Shown here in pieces: positions 9,913 to 19,732 of a stretch of 64,000 bases of DNA. The stretch's first letter is position 1; each line of letters begins with the position of its first letter. The stretch comes from Spirochaetaceae bacterium (GTDB taxonomy: Bacteria > Spirochaetota > Spirochaetia > CADAEX01). The stretch covers positions 8,564 through 72,563 of the forward strand of contig WQZP01000009.1 in the NCBI GenBank assembly GCA_009780675.1, read 5' to 3'. The notes below the pieces were generated by a model. It was not told where the DNA came from and did not search any database. It worked only from the letters and a program-made list of their open reading frames with translations. The position numbers and the translations under genes were made by a program.

Positions 9913-10287
9913 ATGAGCAAAGTCCCTGTAAAAAATGTTAATGAACGCCTCATTCAAATACGCAAGGTTTTAAAGAAATCCCCTACGGATTTTGCAGATG
10001 CTCTCTCGATTTCCCGAAGTTATGTTTACGAAATGGAAAAAAACCGCCGTATTGTCAATGACCGCATTATCAAGCTGGTTTCAATGACATTTGGGGTAAG
10101 CGAGCAGTGGTTAAAAAGCGGGGAAGGGCCAATGTTCATTGACGCAGAGGGAGAAACCCGCAGAAAAATTGAAATCCTTTTTGATAAATTGCGTCCTGAT
10201 TTTCAGGAGTATGTGCTGCGACATATTGATATACTGCTGGAACTGCAGGGCAAATGCAAAAGTACAGAAGATAAAAAGGATAACTAA
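9913..10287 (+). CDS. XRE family transcriptional regulator
   Basis: RLIQIRKVLKKSPTDFADALSISRSYVYEMEKNRR...FGVSEQWLKSGEGPMF, a typical phage-repressor-like HTH; start may be 9895 or 9913. Confidence 0.85.
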   Translation: MSKVPVKNVNERLIQIRKVLKKSPTDFADALSISRSYVYEMEKNRRIVNDRIIKLVSMTFGVSEQWLKSGEGPMFIDAEGETRRKIEILFDKLRPDFQEYVLRHIDILLELQGKCKSTEDKKDN

Positions 10288-10347
10288 TAAACCCCATTCA
10301 GAATAATGTAACGCACTCCGGAGCTTTAAGCATAAATTTCCACAAAA

Positions 10348-10779
10348 TCACTCAGGATAAATAAAATCGCTTTTCCCAAACTTGCGGCGGACAAAGTTCA
10401 GACCATTTATCACCTTTCTCCGGCGCGTAATATTCCTAATCAATTTCCGCTTACCCGGAAAATCAATCAGCAGTAACGAAATAAATATAGTTAACATCCC
10501 CTCGCCGGGTATAAAAAGCAGTACTATGCCAAATAACAGAAGAGCTATTCCCAGAATATTTTTTAGAATTAATACAAAAACAAATATAAAAAAATGGAAT
10601 TTATTGCCTTTTTTAATTATCCCTCTTTTTTCCTGAAGAAAGAAATCAGAAGGGATAGAAACAATTATAAGTAAAATAATAGCAGTAAAAGCAAATGCTG
10701 TAACAAGAGAGAAAATAAAAAGTAAAAGTATAATATCATTGTAATTATATAACCACTCAAGAATAGTTTCTAAAGTCAT
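10348..10779 (-). CDS. PGPGW-family-like membrane protein
   Basis: LLFIPGEGMLTIFISLLLIDFPGK motif within hydrophobic helices. Confidence 0.7.
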   Translation of the reverse strand: MTLETILEWLYNYNDIILLLFIFSLVTAFAFTAIILLIIVSIPSDFFLQEKRGIIKKGNKFHFFIFVFVLILKNILGIALLLFGIVLLFIPGEGMLTIFISLLLIDFPGKRKLIRNITRRRKVINGLNFVRRKFGKSDFIYPE

Positions 10780-10792
10780 ACATCAATCGATT

Positions 10793-11851
10793 TTAAGTAT
10801 TTTTTTCCCTTGCTTTTTTTGCCTCTTCTGCTTTCCGCGCTATCTTTTTCCATGCACTGGTAAATCCCATTGCTTTTTTCATAAGAGAAAGCGTTATCGC
10901 AGCTTCTTCCCTCATTTTCATTGTGCCGTCAAACAATATCTCTTCTACATACCCTTTTTTTTCTTCAAACATGGCGCGCTTTTCCCTTATAGGGTCAAGA
11001 AAATTATTAAGAGCTTTTGCCAGCTTTTGCTTAACTTCCACATCACCTACTGTGCCCTTTTTATACCTGGCTTTTAAATCTTTTACCTCTTCGATGTTTG
11101 GATTAAAAGCATCGTGGTAAATGAAAACAGGATTGCCTTCCACTTTGCCGGGAATATCTGCCCGTACTCTTGCTGGATCTGTATACATTCCCGCAACTTT
11201 TTTTTCAACTTCTTTGGCAGTATCGGAGAGCATAATTGCATTGCCCAGAGATTTTGACATTTTCGCGTTGCCATCTGTCCCAATAAGAGTTGGAACTTCC
11301 CCAATCATTGAATCAGGCAAAGGAAAAACCTCTTCGTACAATGAATTAAATTTCTTTGCTATCTCTCTTGTAAGCTCAATATGAGATTCGTTATCTTTTC
11401 CAACAGGAACAAGATTAGCCCTTGGCATAAGAATATCCGCAGCCTGGAGTACAGGGTAGCCAAGCAAGCCCAAAGGTAGTTCCGAAAGATTTGCCGACTT
11501 AGCCATATCTTTAATGCTTGGAATTCTTTGAAGCCTTGGAACTGTCACAAGCATTTCAAAAAACAAATTCATCTCATAAACTTCATGCACAGCAGATTGA
11601 AGATAGATAACAGATTTCAAAGGGTCGATCCCGCACGCAAGATAATCAAGAACAAGTTCACGGGAATTGGAAACAATATTCTCTATATCTTCTTTTAATG
11701 GCTTTGTGGTAAGCATATGTAAATCTGCTATTATAAAAAAACAATCATATTTATCCTGGAGTTCCACTCTGTTTTTTAATGATCCTACATAATGACCAAG
11801 ATGGAGTTTGCCTGTTGGCCTGTCTCCGGTCAAAATTCTTTTTTTATTCAT
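10793..11851 (-). CDS. trpS: Tryptophan--tRNA ligase
   Basis: TGDRPTGKLHLGHYVG (HIGH), GYPVLQAADIL, KMSKS. Confidence 0.97.
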   Translation of the reverse strand: MNKKRILTGDRPTGKLHLGHYVGSLKNRVELQDKYDCFFIIADLHMLTTKPLKEDIENIVSNSRELVLDYLACGIDPLKSVIYLQSAVHEVYEMNLFFEMLVTVPRLQRIPSIKDMAKSANLSELPLGLLGYPVLQAADILMPRANLVPVGKDNESHIELTREIAKKFNSLYEEVFPLPDSMIGEVPTLIGTDGNAKMSKSLGNAIMLSDTAKEVEKKVAGMYTDPARVRADIPGKVEGNPVFIYHDAFNPNIEEVKDLKARYKKGTVGDVEVKQKLAKALNNFLDPIREKRAMFEEKKGYVEEILFDGTMKMREEAAITLSLMKKAMGFTSAWKKIARKAEEAKKAREKNT

Positions 11852-12972
11852 GAATCTGGTCCTTGCTGCTGTGATTTTTCAGTTTCGTTATTTTCTATTT
11901 TGCTATTTTCAGTTTCTTGTTTTTTTGACGCACGCTTCTTTTGCTTATGATCTTTACCCATCATAATTCCTACAGGTTTAAGAAAAGATATACTCAAACA
12001 TATTGTTTTAATAGCTACTGTAATAGGAATTGCCAAAACTGCTCCTACAGGTCCCCATAACCAGCCCCAAAAAGAGAGGGAGAAAATAATTACAGTAATA
12101 CTAAGATTAAGCCTGTCTCCCTGAAGCTTTGGATCAATAATATTTCCAAGTGTCTGCTGCAATGCTAACATGGTTATGGCAACTAAAAGGACCATTCCAA
12201 AAGAAGGATAAAATTGCACTACAGCCTGAAGAATAATACATAGTACTGCAATTATTGAGCCAACATATGGTATAAAGTTAAGAAAAAATGCCATTAGTCC
12301 CCAAAGCATTGCAAAGTCAAGCCCTATTATAGAGAGAACGATCCATGTCAAAACACCAGTAATAGCGCTAATAAATGCCTTTACAGCTAAATATTTACCT
12401 ACACCCCTTGTTATCCTGCTTATACCTATTATAACTCTCTTTTTTAATTTCGGAGAAGCTTTGGAAAGGTTATCTTTAAAAACCGGGAATTCAAGAAACA
12501 AAAACAGAAGAAATATAAAAATCGCAAAACTATATCCTGCAAACCTTGTTATTGAATTTGTAAGCGTAATAAGATAACCGCGCACAACCCTTCCCCAGTC
12601 ATAGTCCAGAATAAAATCTGATGATAAAATTGGAAATTCATCTGTCATCAGTCTTTGAGTAATATCTCTATATATCCATGTAAGCTGTTCAAGATACCAT
12701 GGGATATGGAGAGTAAGAGTTGTAAGACTCCTGTATAAAAGCATTATAATAAGATAAAAAGCTCCGGATAAAACTGAAAGAACTATAATAATTCCAAAAA
12801 TGTTTGGAATTTTAACTTTTTCCATTGCCATTATAAGGGGATAAAGTATAAAAGAAAATAACAATGCTATAACTATTGGCATTATAACAGTACTAGCTAT
12901 TTTAAAAACAACGCCAACAGCAATAAGGGCAAGTATTCCCAAAAAAAAAGCACTAAGTTTTCTCTCTAACAT
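11848..12972 (-). CDS. AI-2E family transporter
   Basis: LNFIPYVGS, GNIIDPKLQGDRLNLS, WGWLWGPVGAVLAIP. Confidence 0.88.
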   Translation of the reverse strand: MLERKLSAFFLGILALIAVGVVFKIASTVIMPIVIALLFSFILYPLIMAMEKVKIPNIFGIIIVLSVLSGAFYLIIMLLYRSLTTLTLHIPWYLEQLTWIYRDITQRLMTDEFPILSSDFILDYDWGRVVRGYLITLTNSITRFAGYSFAIFIFLLFLFLEFPVFKDNLSKASPKLKKRVIIGISRITRGVGKYLAVKAFISAITGVLTWIVLSIIGLDFAMLWGLMAFFLNFIPYVGSIIAVLCIILQAVVQFYPSFGMVLLVAITMLALQQTLGNIIDPKLQGDRLNLSITVIIFSLSFWGWLWGPVGAVLAIPITVAIKTICLSISFLKPVGIMMGKDHKQKKRASKKQETENSKIENNETEKSQQQGPDS

Positions 12973-13070
12973 AATTATAATATTACTAGCAGAAATAAAT
13001 ATTTAATAGTATAAAATTTATTTTTTTATACTATACTTTATATATCGTATATTACTTTTATGGAGTACCT

Positions 13071-13586
13071 ATGATTTATAAATTCAAAGATAAAACACCA
13101 GATATCAAAAAGGCGGCTTTTGTGGCAGACAGCGCAGATATCATTGGGGAAGTAACACTGGGAGAAAATTCCACAATATGGTTTAATACTGTTCTCAGGG
13201 GCGATATAGCTCCTGTTATAGTTGGAAAAGGGACAAATATTCAGGAAGGGACAGTTGTGCATGTAGAAGATAATACCCCATGCATAATTGGTGATAATGT
13301 TATAGTTGGGCATGGAGCAATATTACATGCAACAAAAATAGGGAGCAGATCTCTAATCGGAATGGGCGCAATAGTTTTAAGCAATTCAGAAATTGGAGAA
13401 GATTCTGTTGTAGGAGCAGGCTCACTTGTAACAGAAGGGAAAAAATTCCCACCAAAATCTCTTATAATTGGCTCCCCTGCCAGAAAAATAAAAGAAATTA
13501 CAGATGCTGACATGGAAAAATTGAAAAGAGCAGCTGAAAAATATATAAATCTGGGCAAAGAACTTGTAAAAAGCCAAGATGTGTAG
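13071..13586 (+). CDS. Gamma-class carbonic anhydrase family protein
   Basis: Hexapeptide repeats, VLRGD, NIQEGTVVH, VGHGAILH (three Zn-ligand His retained). Confidence 0.9.
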   Translation: MIYKFKDKTPDIKKAAFVADSADIIGEVTLGENSTIWFNTVLRGDIAPVIVGKGTNIQEGTVVHVEDNTPCIIGDNVIVGHGAILHATKIGSRSLIGMGAIVLSNSEIGEDSVVGAGSLVTEGKKFPPKSLIIGSPARKIKEITDADMEKLKRAAEKYINLGKELVKSQDV

Positions 13587-13616
13587 TGTAACGCATACTC
13601 ATATACTTGATATAAA

Positions 13617-13640
13617 TAATCCGCTGATTAAAGCGGATTA
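13617..13640. terminator. Hairpin downstream of the gamma-CA gene (9-bp stem, no clear U-tract)
   Basis: TAATCCGCT-gattaa-AGCGGATTA. Confidence 0.35.
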
Positions 13641-13762
13641 ATACAGATTATCGTAGATTTTGGAAAGTATTATCCCTGAATTCAGGGTTGAAAATTTTAC
13701 CGCCCCGATATATATTGTACCAAATTTTGCGATTGGTCGCGGATAATAGTGGAGACTGTATT

Positions 13763-16564
13763 ATGCTATATTTATTGGAAAATGATGAAAACATGGCGGA
13801 CACTGCAGACGAGGCTCTGCATGAAGACATCCGCCTGCTCAAACAGATGCTGTGGGATACAATCCGCGACATGGAAGGGCAACAAATTTTTGACCTTATC
13901 GAGAAAGTAGGTCAGCTTTCTGTGCGCTCCTATCGCGAGAAAGATCATGCTGCTCAGGTGGAAATGGAGACTCTTCTTCACAATCTCTCAGACGAAGAGA
14001 TGAACAAGGTCACCAGCGCTGTAGGTTATTATTCCACCCTCGCCAACATTGTCGAGGATCACCACCATATCCGCCGCTGGCGCGCTCATCAGCTTGCTGG
14101 CTCCTCTGCGCGCGAAGGTAGTATGGAAGCTGGCATTGCGCACGCCAGAGCGCACGGATTCAATGACGCACAGTTGAAAGATTTTTTTAACACTGCCTAC
14201 ATTGCTCCGGTATTGACTGCGCACCCAACAGAAGTACAGCGCCGCTCTATCCACGACATTCTCAATGCCATTGCTGCTCTGCTCAACAAGCGCGACCGGC
14301 TGGCTGAGACAAATGAGGAATACGAAGAGGTCGAGACAGGTCTGCGCACACAAATTCTCACGCTCTGGCAGACGCGCGTATTGCGCCGCTCAAAACTTTC
14401 AGTGCTGGACGAGGTAGAAAACCTGCTCTCGTTTTTTGAATCAACTTTCTTTACAGCAGTACCAAAACTCTACACTGCTGTGGAGCGCGCATTAGGCAAT
14501 GGAATGGATGACCTACCCCCGTTTCTGCAAGTCGGAAGCTGGATAGGCGGTGACCGCGACGGCAACCCATTTGTGGATGCTGCGGTGTTAACCGAAGCGC
14601 TCTCACGCCATGCAGGACGTGCTTTCACCTTTTACATCTCCGAAGTGTTGCAATTATGCAGCGAACTCTCGATTACCGAGTTGTCGGTCAAGGTAACGCC
14701 GGAATTGCAGAAACTGACAGAGAACTCGCCCGACCGTTCCGCGCATCGCGCAGATGAACCATACCGGTTGGCGCTTGCCAATGTGCTGGCGCGGTTAGTA
14801 GTAACGCACGAAGCGCTCCTTGGACATGGACCATCGGTCGCTACTCCTTCTTATATACGCGAAACAGCAGCGCAGCCTTACGCATCGCCAGAGGATTTCA
14901 TCGCAGATCTCTATGTGGTCGAGCAGTCGCTCCTGCATCATGGTTCGAAGTTGTTGGCGCAAGCCAGACTCGGCAACCTGATGCGCGCTGTGCGCGTGTT
15001 TGGTTGGACCCTTGCTCCGCTTGATCTCCGCCAAAACTCCGTTGTGCACGAGCGCGTGGTTGCGGAGCTTTTGGAATTCGTAAACCCAGGTACAAACTAT
15101 TTAGAGTTAGACGAGGCTGGGCGTGTCAAAATCCTGTTGGAAGAGCTTGGCACTTCCCGACCGTTAGTCTCCCGCCATGTAAAATACAGCGACGAGACAG
15201 TTAAGGAACTAAAAATTTTCGACGCAGCCCGCGCTGCGCATTTACGATACGGTACTGGCTGCATCCGCACTTCAATTATCTCCAAAACAGACGGACTGTC
15301 TGATATTCTGGAACTTGCTGTATTATTAAAAGAAGCTGGCATCCTGCGTCTGACCGAGTCTGTGTTGGATGTCAACATCGTACCTCTGTTTGAAATGATC
15401 AATGATTTGCGCGCTGCTTCAAGGATAATGGACTCGCTCCTCTCATTGCCATTTTACCGCGCGCTGCTCGCCAGCCGGGGAGATGTGCAGGAAGTAATGG
15501 TAGGTTATTCTGACAGCAACAAAGATGGCGGTTATCTTACTTCCCGCTGGGAACTCTACCGCGCCGGAGTTGATCTCGTGGAGATATTCGCCAAACATGG
15601 TGTGAAGCTAAGACTATTTCACGGACGCGGCGGCTCAGTGGGGCGCGGCGGCGGGCCGAGCTATCAGGCTATTTTGGCGCAGCCCAAGGGCGCAGTGAAT
15701 GGACAGTTACGCCTTACAGAACAGGGCGAGGTAATCGCTGCCAAATACGGCAATCCTGAGGTTGGCAGACGAAACCTTGAGGTTATTGTTGCCGCCACTC
15801 TGGCAGCCACTGCAGCGCCCTCGCAGGCAGAGCCGCCTGACGCCCGTTTCCTGGAAGCCTTTGCTGAATTATCCGAAGCTGCCTTCACTGCTTATCGCAG
15901 CTTAGTGTACGAGACAAAGGGGTTTGAAGAATACTTTTGGCAGTCAACCGTGATCTCCGAGATCGCTTCGCTCAATATTGGCTCACGCCCAGCTTCCCGC
16001 ACCAAAGGACGCGACATAGAAAACTTGCGCGCTATTCCCTGGGTGTTTTCCTGGTCGCAATGCCGGGTAATGCTGCCGGGCTGGTATGGTTTTGGCTCTG
16101 CAGTAGAAGCGTTTCTGGCTAAACACGGGAAGGAACAAGGCATGGCATTGCTGCAATCAATGTTCCAGAACTGGTCGGTATTCACCACACTGCTTTCCAA
16201 CATGGATATGGTCCTGGCCAAGGCTGACATGAGCATTGCCGCGCGATACGCTGCTTTGGTAGAAGACGAAGCGCTGCGCGATTCGATCTTCCCGCGCATT
16301 GTGGCAGAATATGAACGCTCGAAAGCGTATCTGCTCACCATAACCGGGCAACGTGCGTTACTCGACCGCAATGCGGTATTGCGCAGGGTTATCGTTAACC
16401 GCCTCCCATACCTTGATCCGCTCAATCATGTGCAGGTGGAGATGCTGCGCCGTTACCGCGAACAGACTCGCGGCGGCAGTCCGGAAGAAGCATGCGAACT
16501 TATACGCAGAGGGGTGCATATTTCAATAAACGGGATCGCGGCAATACTACGCAACAGCGGATAA
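13763..16564 (+). CDS. ppc: Phosphoenolpyruvate carboxylase (bacterial type)
   Basis: VLTAHPTE, GSWIGGDRDGNP, QEVMVGYSDSNKDGG, FHGRGGSVGRGGGP, NIGSRPASR, LRAIPWVFSWSQ, RNSG end; start at ATG 13763 (GGAGA RBS) or 13793. Confidence 0.97.
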   Translation: MLYLLENDENMADTADEALHEDIRLLKQMLWDTIRDMEGQQIFDLIEKVGQLSVRSYREKDHAAQVEMETLLHNLSDEEMNKVTSAVGYYSTLANIVEDHHHIRRWRAHQLAGSSAREGSMEAGIAHARAHGFNDAQLKDFFNTAYIAPVLTAHPTEVQRRSIHDILNAIAALLNKRDRLAETNEEYEEVETGLRTQILTLWQTRVLRRSKLSVLDEVENLLSFFESTFFTAVPKLYTAVERALGNGMDDLPPFLQVGSWIGGDRDGNPFVDAAVLTEALSRHAGRAFTFYISEVLQLCSELSITELSVKVTPELQKLTENSPDRSAHRADEPYRLALANVLARLVVTHEALLGHGPSVATPSYIRETAAQPYASPEDFIADLYVVEQSLLHHGSKLLAQARLGNLMRAVRVFGWTLAPLDLRQNSVVHERVVAELLEFVNPGTNYLELDEAGRVKILLEELGTSRPLVSRHVKYSDETVKELKIFDAARAAHLRYGTGCIRTSIISKTDGLSDILELAVLLKEAGILRLTESVLDVNIVPLFEMINDLRAASRIMDSLLSLPFYRALLASRGDVQEVMVGYSDSNKDGGYLTSRWELYRAGVDLVEIFAKHGVKLRLFHGRGGSVGRGGGPSYQAILAQPKGAVNGQLRLTEQGEVIAAKYGNPEVGRRNLEVIVAATLAATAAPSQAEPPDARFLEAFAELSEAAFTAYRSLVYETKGFEEYFWQSTVISEIASLNIGSRPASRTKGRDIENLRAIPWVFSWSQCRVMLPGWYGFGSAVEAFLAKHGKEQGMALLQSMFQNWSVFTTLLSNMDMVLAKADMSIAARYAALVEDEALRDSIFPRIVAEYERSKAYLLTITGQRALLDRNAVLRRVIVNRLPYLDPLNHVQVEMLRRYREQTRGGSPEEACELIRRGVHISINGIAAILRNSG

Positions 16565-16678
16565 CCTGAAGTGTGCGCACAACAGGCGCACAACGAGAAC
16601 GCAAGCGATTTCATAACCACGGATGGCTTTGGGGTAAAAGTAAGCCTATTTTAAAATCTGCGAGAAACAGCTTTGCGC

Positions 16679-17950
16679 TTAATCCGCGCCGCCAGTATGA
16701 CCCCAGATTGCTGTCATTATATGGCGCAATCGTGTTCTTACCAGAGCATAAGAATAATGTTTTAAGCCAAGCTGATAGTTTCTAAAAACCATTCTGTCTC
16801 TTATATCTTTATTATCAATAACCCTTTTCACAGTAGCAACTGTTTCATCAGAAACAAAATCATCCATTTCAATAGCCCTAAAGCCTTTGGGCCGGATATC
16901 ATAATAATAAATAGAATAATTATTTACAAAAATAGGTTTTTTATAATAAATCGCTTCGAGAAAAGCATTTCCAAATCCTTCAAATACAGATGGATAAGTA
17001 ACAAAATCACAACAGTTATAAACATCTTCAAGAGTATATACCTTGCGACCATCTTCCCGTGTATATCTTTTTTGGTCAGTTATTATATCATCAGCAAATA
17101 TTGCTCTGACTCCCATAAGTTTTATATAATCTTTGACTCTGTTGTTATACGCATTTCCTTCATCGCCCGAAGCATGGGATATAACAAGAGCTGCTTTTCT
17201 TTTCATTCTGGCAACAAGCTCTATTGCATGCTCTATCCCTTTCCGCTGAACAACTCTAGTAGGCTGGAGAAACAATAATTCGTCTTCGTCCATCCCAAGA
17301 TTTTTTTTCAAGTCAACTATGTAATCATCAGGCGGAGTAGGAGGTTTTTCAAAATCCATAACATTTGGTATAAGAATACCGGCAATCCCTGTTCTTAGTC
17401 CCAACTGATGCTGTGCTGAAGAATTTATTACAACATGAAACATTGATGGAAAACGGCAAGGGAAACAGGAGTTAAGATAATCCCATACAGAATTTCTTAA
17501 GAATCTTTTTCTTTCCCAAAAAAAATCATGATGATGCGCAATAACAGGAATAGATGTTTCTGCAATAAACTCTGTTATTGCCAGTCCAAGAGGCACATTA
17601 AGGGGAATTGCAAGAGCATTCTCCGGAATAATAAGGTCAATATCGAATTTATTTACAAAATCATATATTTTTTGTTTTATTGCTTTCTTTATTTCATAAA
17701 TTAATTCTGTAGTCTCTTTTGTTCTAATAGTGCGACTAAATAATTTGTTATTAAGATTTTTTATGATAGGGCTTTGAAAGTGGAGAAGAGGATCTTCCAT
17801 TGATCTTTCTGGAGGCGTATCTATTTCGCCTGCCAAATAAAAACACTCATGCCCTTCTTCTTGCAGAATAGATGCCCATTTTGCTGTTTCAAGAGAAACT
17901 CCGTCTGTTCCTGCAAAACGCAAAGAAATAAAGCCAATTTTTTTGCTCAT
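16679..17950 (-). CDS. GT4 glycosyltransferase, mannosylglucosylglycerate synthase (MggS/MggA)-like
   Basis: GTDGVSLETAKW, HHHDFFWERK, HVVINS, PNVMDF, LQPTRVVQRKGIE, DFVTYPSVFEGFGN match motifs I recall from Thermotogae MggS. Confidence 0.75.
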   Translation of the reverse strand: MSKKIGFISLRFAGTDGVSLETAKWASILQEEGHECFYLAGEIDTPPERSMEDPLLHFQSPIIKNLNNKLFSRTIRTKETTELIYEIKKAIKQKIYDFVNKFDIDLIIPENALAIPLNVPLGLAITEFIAETSIPVIAHHHDFFWERKRFLRNSVWDYLNSCFPCRFPSMFHVVINSSAQHQLGLRTGIAGILIPNVMDFEKPPTPPDDYIVDLKKNLGMDEDELLFLQPTRVVQRKGIEHAIELVARMKRKAALVISHASGDEGNAYNNRVKDYIKLMGVRAIFADDIITDQKRYTREDGRKVYTLEDVYNCCDFVTYPSVFEGFGNAFLEAIYYKKPIFVNNYSIYYYDIRPKGFRAIEMDDFVSDETVATVKRVIDNKDIRDRMVFRNYQLGLKHYSYALVRTRLRHIMTAIWGHTGGAD

Positions 17951-18127
17951 ATTATACTCCGCAATTTAATTTAGTTTTACAATACAACAGTCCGGATTTC
18001 CGAACTTGTAAATTCTATAGTAGTACCATTTTTGGTTTTTTACAATGAAATTATTTTCATTATTAAAAATTTATAAATTATTGAAGTTTTTAGAAATTCA
18101 CACTGATTTTTTTGACAAGAGAAACTA

Positions 18128-19087
18128 TCAACGCAAAGTTGCCAACTCTACCCCGTTTAGGATAAGGACTTCGGGCCGATACTCAAAATGTATTGTATCA
18201 AAAAACAACCAGTTGCCTCCCCAGATAAAACCATAAGATTCAAACGCTTTTATTACTGCAGCAGGCGGGTGATATCGTCTTTCATACGGAATGCTCCACC
18301 AATTTGGCCCTGCCCAGCGCCAGTATACTGCCCTGCCACCTAATGCGCGGGGAATAATGTCAATAGCTGCGCCATAGGAGTGAAAAGATCTGGATTGAGT
18401 GCCTGCAACATTCCTCCAGTTCCATCCTGCCAGATTCCTGATATTATATTTCCAGGCCCTCACCCGGGAATCGGTTTTGGCAGCAGCTAAAATATGTTCC
18501 TCCACCAGAACAAGATCTTCTATAATAGCATAATGAACTGTTACCGGGTTTCCAAGAAACCGAATAGTCTTTACTCGCGTATATGATTCATCATGACTGT
18601 GCGCCCTATAGAGAGCATCAAAAAAATAATGGGAACGCCGGAACTGGTTGGCATCTCTTGTCTCAACCAGTTCGCGGAAACGGGCTGCCTGCTCAGGGGT
18701 AGGAGTTGTCCATGGAGGGAGTTCGCGCCTGTAATTAAGGAGAACAGGTCTGTATTCAGAGACCCTATACAACAACTCTTCCGGCAGCAGCCTTCCATCT
18801 GCATAGTAAAACCAGGTGTCCCTTAACAAAACTGCCCAGTCATCGTTGCGAAATTCAGCCTTTAGAACGCGACGGGGATACGCTGCAACCAGTGCCCGCA
18901 TTACCTGTTCTGCTCTGCTCTGCTGAGGCTCTTCGGCCAACAAAGTTGCTTCCTCAGCATCAGCTTGAAGCCCCTGTGACCCAATGTTCGGCCTGGCCAT
19001 TCCGCTGATAAGAAAAATCCCGGCTGCTATAATAAAAGCAATGACAATTAATCGTACTTTCAATATGATAATGCGCGAAATACTCAT
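18128..19087 (-). CDS. M15 family metallopeptidase (peptidoglycan carboxy/endopeptidase), exported
   Basis: RSFHSYGAAIDI and DTIHFEYRPE Zn motifs; N-terminal hydrophobic helix. Confidence 0.85.
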   Translation of the reverse strand: MSISRIIILKVRLIVIAFIIAAGIFLISGMARPNIGSQGLQADAEEATLLAEEPQQSRAEQVMRALVAAYPRRVLKAEFRNDDWAVLLRDTWFYYADGRLLPEELLYRVSEYRPVLLNYRRELPPWTTPTPEQAARFRELVETRDANQFRRSHYFFDALYRAHSHDESYTRVKTIRFLGNPVTVHYAIIEDLVLVEEHILAAAKTDSRVRAWKYNIRNLAGWNWRNVAGTQSRSFHSYGAAIDIIPRALGGRAVYWRWAGPNWWSIPYERRYHPPAAVIKAFESYGFIWGGNWLFFDTIHFEYRPEVLILNGVELATLR

Positions 19088-19228
19088 TACAACTCCTCTA
19101 AAAGTCCATCACCTTTTTTCTTTCAGATAAATTATAGCACAAAATAGCGCTGTAAGCGGCATTGCGCCAATAATTATTCCTGCTGCCTCAAAAACAATTC
19201 TATATGTCTATTATGATTTAAACAGCTA

Positions 19229-19732
19229 TTACCGCGTTACAAATTCCGCGCCCCTCCTGTCCAATACCGTGAGCGTGGATAGCTCAATATACAAAAACCT
19301 GTCAACTCCGTGTCCGTATTGTTTTAACACCCCGCTTGCCTCAACCCATGAATTTTCAGCAGGAAATTCTCTTGCATTAGCCCTTGCCCACTTCACTTCA
19401 AAACCAACCAGACCATCATCGCCGCAACAGCCGAAAATATAGCGAATAACAGAATAGATAGTTACATCTTCATGGATATCTATTCTGAAAATCCCTTCAA
19501 GTTTGATTGGTCTTTCCAAAAATTCATTGGCATTCAGATAGATATCGCGGATCTGCGTCAGAAACATTCTTTCCCGTATTTCTACTATGTTTCCCTGTAT
19601 TTCGATGTTCCCCTGTGTCCCAATATTTTCCCGCGACCGCGACCTGGAGCAGCTAATCATAAAAAACCAGGCAGTTATTATTATAAGAACAGTGATAGCA
19701 AGACTGCTTCCTGAAATTTTATTTTTACCCAC
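19229..19732 (-). CDS. Putative lipoprotein resembling the C-terminal OB-like part of DUF1980/TIGR03943 proteins
   Basis: MISC lipobox-like; VIRYIFGCCGDDGLVGFEV...WVEASGVL; overlaps the metal ABC permease gene. Confidence 0.6.
   Translation of the reverse strand: MGKNKISGSSLAITVLIIITAWFFMISCSRSRSRENIGTQGNIEIQGNIVEIRERMFLTQIRDIYLNANEFLERPIKLEGIFRIDIHEDVTIYSVIRYIFGCCGDDGLVGFEVKWARANAREFPAENSWVEASGVLKQYGHGVDRFLYIELSTLTVLDRRGAEFVTR

Noticed and set aside
13772-16425. Multiple short ORFs overlapping ppc; similar ones within fapA and the kinases
   Set aside because: They are expected shadow ORFs in GC-richer coding DNA and have no RBS or motif support.
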